A stretch of 64,000 nt of DNA from Giardia intestinalis (Eukaryota). The stretch lies in assembly GCA_000002435.2 (NCBI GenBank), contig CM018793.1; one strand, written 5' to 3'. Numbering within the stretch: the first letter of the stretch is position 1; each line of letters starts with the position of its first letter. Below, piece by piece: positions 14,162 to 21,098 of this stretch. The notes beneath the pieces were generated by a model. That model was not told where the DNA came from and made no database searches. It saw only the letters and a list, made by a program, of their open reading frames with translations. The translations under genes were made by a program, and so were the position numbers.

Positions 14162-17100
14162 ACGCCCGCCGTCATCACGTTCCTCCGCGGCTGGAAGGTC
14201 TTCGCAGACGGCGACGACGCGCACCGGCACTACCTCAACGCGGTTACGAAGGACGCGGCGCAGATCCACGGCGTCCAGTCTGCAGAGCCCGGCGAGATGC
14301 TCTACTGCTTCAACTGGGACCCGGTCTTCGGGGGCACTGAGAGCGACCCCGAGAACCCCCACAACGCGCTCTTCTCGTTCGGGACGATGTACGAACCCGT
14401 CTTCTTCTTCCAGATCCAGATCGTGCGCATGAAGGATGGCCAGCGGAAGTTCATCCACCGGCGCGGCGGCCTGGCCCCCTTCACGAACGACTCGTTCTTC
14501 GACCTCAACCGCTACCAGATCGAGCGGACAGGCGAAGGCTTTCGGAACAGCAAGGACACGTGCTTCCTCTACGCTCTCAAGCAGAGCGGGCAGCTGAACG
14601 ACGAGGAGATCAAGGCCGCGGCGCTCCACATCAACCAGGCGGCGGTCACGTTCGCGATGGTCGACGCGATCGGCAAGCAGCTCTTCATCTGCTTCCACAT
14701 GCACATGCCGGACAGGGTCGTCCTCCGGGGCGCACAGAAGGGCCGCAAGCTCCCGCCCGGCGTCGCACTCCGGAACATCCAGATAGGCTTCGACTTCAAC
14801 CACTACTACATCTTCGACGAGAAGCTCCCCTACAGCAAGGCGTACGTGAACCACGCGTCCGTGATGATGGAGCACAACGCGTACCCGGAGAACGCGAACG
14901 TCCGCGAGGTCAGCGTCCGGAACACCTTCCACCCGGAGACCCGGGAGCCGATGCAGAAGGTCGTCTTCGGCTACCACCGCGACGACGACCCCCACACGTG
15001 CACGAGCCGCGACCTCCTCCTCTCGCTCCACAAGCAGGGCCTCCTCCGCCCGATCCGCTCAGACGACCTCCTCGCCGTCAAGGAGTCCTTCATCCGCGAG
15101 GAACACTACGCGGAGGACAACCTCGAGTTCTGCGAGAACCAACTCAAGAAGATCGAGCCCAAGAAGAAGCAGGCCCCGCCGAAGGACGTCTGGTTCGCGG
15201 ACTTCGAGACGACGACCGACGGGGACCAGCACCACCCGTTCCTCCTCTGCTTCCACGGGGCGAACAATGTGACGGGGACTACTGGGCGAAGGACTACACA
15301 GCATCGGGGACATGGTCCAGCGGCCTTCCCGCCTCGCGACCTCAACCGGCCCCAGCTGGTTACTTCACAACCTCAACTACGACGGGGCCTTCGTCCTCCC
15401 GTACTTCGACGTCAAAAGGACAGCATCGTCACCCTCGGGGCGAGCAAGATCATCGCGTTCACATCCACATCCGACTGAGCGACGACCGGAAGAACAAGCC
15501 GATCCCGATCCACTTCCGGGACTCCTACGCCCTGATCACGGCGCCCCTCAGCAAGTTCGGGAAGATGTTCAACCTCGACGTCCACAAGGAGGTCCTCCCG
15601 TACTCGTTCTACACGCAGGAGAACGTCCGCAAGCTCGCAGAGGGCTACCGGCCGACCCTCGAGGAGTACCTCTCGTACGAGATGGAGAGCAGACGGACCG
15701 AGCTCGAGCAGCTGGTCCGCATGCTGCCGGGGATGCTCGTCGAGGACCGCGTCGATGCGCTCCGCTACGCCCACTACTACTGCGCGCGGGACTGTCACGT
15801 GCTCAAGGAGGGCGTCCTCCGCTTCCGGCAGCAGCTCCTCGAGGTCACCGGGATCGACGCGTTCACGTCCATGACTCTCCCGAGCGTCGCGTACAACTAC
15901 CTCATCAACGAGAAGTGCTTCGAGGGCTGCTTCAACCTCAACACGGCTCCGCTTCTCTTCGTGCGCCAGTGCGTGACGGGCGGGCGCTGCATGCTCCGGA
16001 ACAACGAGAAGCAGTACGTCGAGGGCGAGATCATGGACTTCGACGCGGTCTCCCTGTACCCGTCCGCAATGGCGCGCATCTACACCCTCAAGGGCCACCC
16101 GAAGGTCGTCGACCCCGAGAAGCACGACCTCGGCTGGCTCCTCCGCCAGGACGGCTGCTTCCTCGAGATAGACATTCAGATCGTCCCGAAGACCCTCGAC
16201 TTCCCCCTCATCAACCGCCAGACGGAGAAGGGCCGCCACTTCTCAAACGAGCCAGGCCCGATGTTCGCGGACAACATCACGATCGAGGACATCATCGAGT
16301 ACCACAAGGTCCCGATGAACCGAATCCGCGTCCTCCGGGGCTACTACTACGACGAGGGGAAGAACTTCGCCATCCAGACCGTTATCCGGAAGCTCTTCGA
16401 TACGCGCCTCAAGTTCAAGGCGGAGGGCAACCCCCTTGAGAGCATCTACAAGCTCATCATGAACAGCTGCTACGGGAAAAGCATCCTCAAGCCCGTCTTC
16501 AAGCGGATGAACACCGTCGACCGGGCCGGGCTCGAGCGGGAGCTCCTCGACAACTCCGCCGACATCCTCTGCTGGGAGCCGCTCTACGACGGCGGCCGCT
16601 TCCTCCTCAAGCAGAGCCGCCCGCTCCTCATGGCGAACAGCTTCCCGACGTTCGGCGTCCAGGTCCTCTCGATGAGCAAGCGCATCATGACGGAGGTGAT
16701 GGCAACGGCCCAGGACCACGCGCTCCCGATCTACTACACGGACACCGACAGCATCCACATCGACAAGCGGTCAATAGAGCCGCTCCGGAACTACTTCCAC
16801 GCGCGCTTCCACCGCGAGCTCATCGGCAAGAACCTCGGCCAGTTCCACTCGGACTTCCCCGACAGCCCCTCCGGCGAGATGTTCGTCAGCCGCTTCTTCG
16901 TCGGCGTCGGCAAGAAGGCGTACCTCGACATCCTCCAGGACAGCCAGGGCCACATGAGCTACCACGCGCGCCTCAAGGGCATCCCCGAGCAGGCGATCCT
17001 CAACGAGGCCCGCCAGCGCTGCGCCCAGAACTTCCTCGGCGGGCTCTACAACCTCTACGCCGACCTCTACAACGGCGTCCCCCAGACCTTCAACCTCATC

Positions 17101-17229
17101 TACGACGGCGCCGTCCGCTTCGTCCGCGACGCGCACCTCGCCTACCGCTGCCGCGACGACTTCAAGCGCCGCGTCATCTTCGAGAAGGAGCCCGACGCGC
17201 CCCTGAACGTCGTCAAGCTCATGCAGTGA
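14162..17229 (+). pseudogene. second pPolB copy, 5'-truncated (starts at the equivalent of aa ~173) and frame-broken around Exo II
   Basis: The 14075-15478 frame and the 14560-17229 frame together are colinear with polB aa ~173-1198. Motifs A, B, C and KKAY are intact (DFDAVSLYPSAM, KLIMNSCYGKS, YYTDTDS). A net 10 nt are missing between 15274 and 15474. There is no ATG or promoter at the 5' junction with module R. Confidence 0.85.
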
Positions 17230-17236
17230 ATTTACT
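17225..17236. terminator. stop/poly(A) palindrome AGTGAATTTACT
   Basis: Stops at 17227-17229 (+) and 17232-17234 (-). Confidence 0.55.
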
Positions 17237-18293
17237 CCATGCTGCTCTCCTCGTCGCGCGCAAGGACCTCCTGGAACTCATCAAACGACAAGGCCATCAT
17301 CTGCATGCGGCGCTTGAACGGATTGACGAACCTCCCATATGCGGTCCAATCGCAGAGCTCGTTGAAGAAGACAAACGCGTTGATCCTGCGCATCCCGATC
17401 TGGACGAAGTAGCGGCGGTCCTCGCCGAGGAAGAGAGTATTCTCGACAACGTACTGGCGCGTCACCCTCGCGGCCGCGACGAGCGAGAACTGGTTCCCCG
17501 CCGAGAAGGCCTTGCTCCACTCGGTGTCCGCTGGATGGTTCAGGTTGAAGACCGGCGTGTAGACGCCCTTGTGCTTGAGGAGGAACTCGTTCGTCTTACT
17601 CACGACCCCGAGCGCGTCCTCCTCGCACTGGCGGTGTTCCTCCTCAGCAGCGCGCTGGACGATACGCTGCGCACAGATCAGCGGGTCCGTCGCAAAGCGG
17701 ACGTGTGTCGCCGGAAGGATCCCCGCGTACGACATGTAGACGTCGATCAGGTAGTGGAGGTACATCGCCTGGCGGCCCGTAATATGGCCCTCCTGCACCT
17801 GGAAAAGGACGAACGCACTCGTCGAGGGCAGCCAGCGGTCGAAGATGACGAGGTCGTAGTCCTTGTACTTGTCCGTGAAGCGGTACTCGAGGAGCTGGTC
17901 TGCGAGAGCATGTGTGACGGCGAGCTGGAAGCGGTACGCGTTGGCGTGCGGGTCCCTGTAATACTCGTCGAGCGTGATCCCGTACGCGCTGAAGCACTCG
18001 AGCCCCACAACCTCCTCGATGACCACTGCCTTCAGCCCGCTGTCCTGGGCGTGCTCGACAAGGCGGCGGCAGAAGAGGGACTTGCCGGCCCCGATGGGTC
18101 CGTCGACGACAATCATGCGCGGATCGACGCACGCCGGCGGGATGACGGATGCGTGCCGCGCCAGGCTCAACCCGCGAAGAGTGGACAGCTTCGAGTTCAC
18201 CTCGAGCAGCTCCTCGGACACGTCGTAGTAGAGGCTCGAGTGGCGGACAAGCTCGGTCCCGGGCTGGTTCTGGGGCTCGTAGTACAGGCTCAT
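17232..18293 (-). CDS. deoxynucleoside kinase family protein, divergent paralog of 10763-11794
   Basis: The start was trimmed to MSLYYEPQNQ, which follows ggaaataaa. The P-loop is VVDGPIGAGKSL. Also present are LDEYYRDPHANAYRFQ, VIFDRWLPSTSAF and HYLIDVYM. The ORF is intact. Roughly half its residues are shared with copy 1. Confidence 0.72.
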   Translation of the reverse strand: MSLYYEPQNQPGTELVRHSSLYYDVSEELLEVNSKLSTLRGLSLARHASVIPPACVDPRMIVVDGPIGAGKSLFCRRLVEHAQDSGLKAVVIEEVVGLECFSAYGITLDEYYRDPHANAYRFQLAVTHALADQLLEYRFTDKYKDYDLVIFDRWLPSTSAFVLFQVQEGHITGRQAMYLHYLIDVYMSYAGILPATHVRFATDPLICAQRIVQRAAEEEHRQCEEDALGVVSKTNEFLLKHKGVYTPVFNLNHPADTEWSKAFSAGNQFSLVAAARVTRQYVVENTLFLGEDRRYFVQIGMRRINAFVFFNELCDWTAYGRFVNPFKRRMQMMALSFDEFQEVLARDEESSME

Positions 18294-18365
18294 TTTATTT
18301 CCTGGCGGCCTCCCCAATAAATGCCAAAGCATTTGAAAGTGAATTCTCCCGCCAAAAATAAAAGT
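18294..18365. promoter_or_regulatory. conserved bidirectional intergenic cassette (copy C3)
   Basis: The sequence is tttatttcc...GCCAAAGCATTTGAAAGTGAATTCTCCCGCCAAAAATAAAAGTATG. Confidence 0.5.
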
Positions 18366-18617
18366 ATGGCAGGCCACCTCCTCAGCAGCAAGGGGACCAC
18401 GAAAAACGAGAACAAGCTCTTCACCCAGAAGCCGACGCCCTTCTACGACGCAGGCACCGTCCCGGTCCGCCTCGCGTCCGTGCCCTTCGAGAACCGCAAC
18501 GAGCCGATTCGCGTCCAGATCGACGAGCCGCCCAAGCCCCGCCCTCGCGCAGGCCTCGTCCGCACCCGCAAGAGGCTGATCCCGAGGAACCGCTGGAAGA
18601 AGAACACGTACCAGTAA
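18366..18617 (+). CDS. small basic protein (83 aa), paralog of 11868-12122
   Basis: The protein reads MAGHLLSSKGTTKNENKLFTQKPTPFYDAGTVPVRL... About 70 of its first 79 residues are identical to copy 1. Confidence 0.55.
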   Translation: MAGHLLSSKGTTKNENKLFTQKPTPFYDAGTVPVRLASVPFENRNEPIRVQIDEPPKPRPRAGLVRTRKRLIPRNRWKKNTYQ

Positions 18618-18626
18618 ATGTTTACT
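18613..18626. terminator. stop/poly(A) palindrome AGTAAA-tg-TTTACT
   Basis: Stops at 18615-18617 (+) and 18622-18624 (-). Confidence 0.55.
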
Positions 18627-19230
18627 TCGAGATCTCCTCGAGGAAGCGAGCGAACGTGCCCGGCTCGGTCGAGGCGTTGAGGAAGCACTGGATGCCCTCT
18701 GCCCACTGCAGCGCCTGCTCGTCGGTGAGGCACGGACTTGTCGCCGTGTACGAGCGCTTGAACTTCGGGAGCCGCGACAGCCTCACTAACTCCTCCCCGG
18801 TCTCCTCTAAGAGGTAGAAGGCAGAGCGCACTCCATCTGATGCTCGCCTGCAGAAGGCGGTGTAGTGGGGCGCGCGCACGAACTCGTCCTCGGGCCTCTT
18901 GACGAAGCGGAAGATGACCCCGAGCTGGTTGAGCCACTGGCAGAACCAGGCCGTGACTCGCTCGTAGTCCTCCGTGCCCTCGGCGCAGTCGGCAGTAATG
19001 CGGCCCAGTAGTCTTCCCACCTGGCCACAGAAGCTCTTGAAGGGCGGGCCGGCGCGGGCGGATGTCTGCTGTGCGGGCTCGGGGTGCGAAGTCTGCTGAA
19101 CGGGGTCGGGGTCGGCGTGCGCTCGAGCCTTGAGGGGGCTTCGCTTGCGAGAGGATCCTCGAGGAGGGAGGGCGATGTCTTGCGTGAAGAGGTCCTCGGT
19201 GTAATGCTCAGGAATGATGCCATCTGCCAT
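18622..19230 (-). CDS. hypothetical protein (202 aa), paralog of 12127-12723
   Basis: The start was trimmed to MADGIIPEHY, matching copy 1. The core FKSFCGQVGRLLGR.TA.CAEGTEDY.RVT.WFC.WLNQ.GV.FRFVKRPEDEFV.APHYTAFCRRASDG is shared. Confidence 0.6.
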   Translation of the reverse strand: MADGIIPEHYTEDLFTQDIALPPRGSSRKRSPLKARAHADPDPVQQTSHPEPAQQTSARAGPPFKSFCGQVGRLLGRITADCAEGTEDYERVTAWFCQWLNQLGVIFRFVKRPEDEFVRAPHYTAFCRRASDGVRSAFYLLEETGEELVRLSRLPKFKRSYTATSPCLTDEQALQWAEGIQCFLNASTEPGTFARFLEEISK

Positions 19231-19343
19231 GCGTCCTTTTATTTTCTTGACGCTCCTATCATAAAGACGCAAACCATTTCAAATCCACTTCTACCAAACA
19301 ATATTAAATTCACTTCCTTCCGGCGTCTGCAGAAAAAAAAAAA

Positions 19344-19787
19344 ATGCTGGACCTCCGCAAGCTTAACAAGGAGGACTTCGAGCAGGCCATAGCCACCTTC
19401 ATCGAGCGTGCTCTTGACCTCGAACGGCCGGAAGATCTGAACAAAGACGAGCCGATTTATAACAGAAGCTATCTCCAGATCGACCCCGTCACGCACGGAG
19501 AGTATAACCTCACCCCGGCCGTTCTCTGGTCGCTGATAGTTATGACACTGACCTCCTATGGCCTTACAATGTTTACTGAGGACGACTGTCTTTGCGTGCA
19601 ATATGGCAAAATATACAAGTTTCCCATCGAGCCGGCAGACGAAGACGTTCTCAGAGAGATACACTATGCCATACACGTTGAAGCGACAGAAGACTTGGAA
19701 CTCTTCCCCCAGACCGAAGAGGAGATCGTGGCAGCGTTCAAACAGATACTTGGCGGACAGATAGAATTCCACATCCGACCCAAGTAA
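19344..19787 (+). CDS. hypothetical acidic protein (147 aa), found only in unit 2
   Basis: The ATG directly follows an ~11-nt A-run. The stop lies in AAGTAAAC. No paralog is present in unit 1. It occupies the slot held by the ankyrin gene in unit 1. Confidence 0.5.
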   Translation: MLDLRKLNKEDFEQAIATFIERALDLERPEDLNKDEPIYNRSYLQIDPVTHGEYNLTPAVLWSLIVMTLTSYGLTMFTEDDCLCVQYGKIYKFPIEPADEDVLREIHYAIHVEATEDLELFPQTEEEIVAAFKQILGGQIEFHIRPK

Positions 19788-19808
19788 ACCTGCGCTCCTC
19801 GGTCATGC

Positions 19809-20231
19809 GAATCAATTCCCGAATCAGAATCAAATCAAAATCAATTCGTCACAATTAATTGCACGAGGGGTCTCACAGGGCTCAGAAAAAAAAAATTACG
19901 CTGACCTGCCGGGCTGTCTGTATGTCGCACCTCGGTGTCGTGCGGGCCCGACAGGCTGGCTGGCTGGCCGGCAGCTGAACTGAGCCTCGAACGTACCACA
20001 CCCACAACGCGTCTCCTCCCGGCGTGCACAGTTCACGCTGGGCGGTTCCGGGGGGAGGCGCGTTTTTTTTAGAAAAATTACAGGTTTTTTATTCTATCAA
20101 AAATCATAATGTTTGGACGGGAGATTGCAGCAGGGAGAACAAAATCGCGGCGGTCGTTTTCGTTTTTTTGGGTAAGGCCCCCGGCCGGCCCAAAAAAACG
20201 AAAGCGGGCGCCTCGAGGATATATACTACTG
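19809..20231. repeat. repeat module R, copy B (~423 bp)
   Basis: Same element order as copy A: GAATCA array, A10-TTACGCT, GTATGTCGCACCTCGGTGTCGTGCGGGC, GC-rich core, T8, hairpin at 20158-20203, GGATATATACTACTG. Confidence 0.85.
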
Positions 20232-20359
20232 GCGTGCTCCCTGTAGAGGTGATCGCGCTCTCTACGTTGATCGAGCACGATATTGTACAACTTCTTCACT
20301 TTGAGGTTGCGGCGCCTTATTTGGGTTCTAGCTCGTTCAAAGAGCTCCCCGTCGGTTCT

Positions 20360-20445
20360 AACAGGCCCCAGCTCGTCCACTTCCACAGCCTCAACTACGA
20401 CGGGGCTTTCATCCTTCGACATCAAGGAGGACTCCATCGTCACCG
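20360..20445 (+). pseudogene. third, isolated pPolB fragment covering only the Exo II region
   Basis: It translates to RPQLVHFHSLNYDGAFI....DSIVT, compared with polB NRPQLVYFHNLNYDGAFVLPYFDVKKDSIVT. The flanks are unrelated to polB. Confidence 0.65.
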
Positions 20446-20699
20446 CACGAGGCACCCCGCAGGTCCGGGAGGGCCCGAGCATCGGCCAATCCACGACAGC
20501 ACCAACGATGGCGAAGCAGACCCACAACCATCCCACACTCTGGGCCGGACTCCCGCCCCGCGGGCCCTACTCTGCCCCGCCGCCGCTGGCCCTGCGCCCT
20601 GGGTCGGAGCGGCGGCCCGCGCCCCCGCAAGCCTCTCGGCCGCCGGAGATGCCGCGGCGCCACGCGCTGGGCCGCCCCGGGACCCGGCGCCGTCTTCCA

Positions 20700-20800
20700 A
20701 AAAACCCAAACCATTGCAAATCGGAATCTCTCCCGGAAAATAAAATGACGCCGGCGCTGCCGGTATGTCGCACCGAGGTGTCGTGCGGGCGCCTGGAAGG
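20700..20800. repeat. orphan copy of the polB-type promoter cassette fused to the R-module core
   Basis: The sequence is ACCCAAACCATTGCAAATCGGAATCTCTCCCGGAAAATAAAATGACG (compare 7112-7156), followed by GGTATGTCGCACCGAGGTGTCGTGCGGGC (compare 13812-13840). Confidence 0.6.
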
Positions 20801-20864
20801 CCTTTCCTCAAGCCCCTCTGCGGAGGGCAGGGCAAGAGCCTGCGCGGCCTGCCCTGGGCGCTGT

Positions 20865-21098
20865 TTACTTCGGCTGGCTCCCGTGGGAGAGCACAACCGA
20901 GACCTTGCGGCAAGCCCTCCCCTGGCCGAGCGTGAACCTGACAGTGAGCTGGTCCAGGCGCATCACAGCGCGGAACGCGGCTCGAACGGTGCGGGGGAGG
21001 GCTCGAACGGCTCGAGCGATGCAGAGGAGCCTCGAGAAGATCCCGGGCGGCCTCGGGGGGTGCTCCAGAGGCGGCGTCGGAATGGTGGCATCAGACAT
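20865..21098 (-). CDS. possible small ORF (77 aa). It is the only ORF in the GC-rich block with both a host-type initiator and a poly(A) motif.
   Basis: The ATG follows ggaaataaaaagcagcgacc. The stop TAA lies inside AAGTAAAC. It sits in very GC-rich sequence where random ORFs abound. Confidence 0.3.
   Translation of the reverse strand: MSDATIPTPPLEHPPRPPGIFSRLLCIARAVRALPRTVRAAFRAVMRLDQLTVRFTLGQGRACRKVSVVLSHGSQPK

Larger units (their letters stand above)
1..20450. mobile_element. pPolB-centred virus-like / self-replicating gene island. The left edge is cut by the window and the right edge is approximate.
   Basis: Contains a protein-primed-type PolB, a duplicated replication module, repeat modules with sharp boundaries, and truncated or scrambled copies of its own genes. 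It contrasts with the single-copy housekeeping genes after 24.3 kb. No integrase or capsid was recognised, so the class is unknown. Confidence 0.55.

Noticed and set aside
13702-20231. Whether the repeated R modules or GAATCA arrays could be a CRISPR-like array
   Set aside because: Only two long (~440 bp) copies occur, ~6 kb apart, with genes between them. There is no short regular repeat-spacer periodicity, and the context is eukaryotic.
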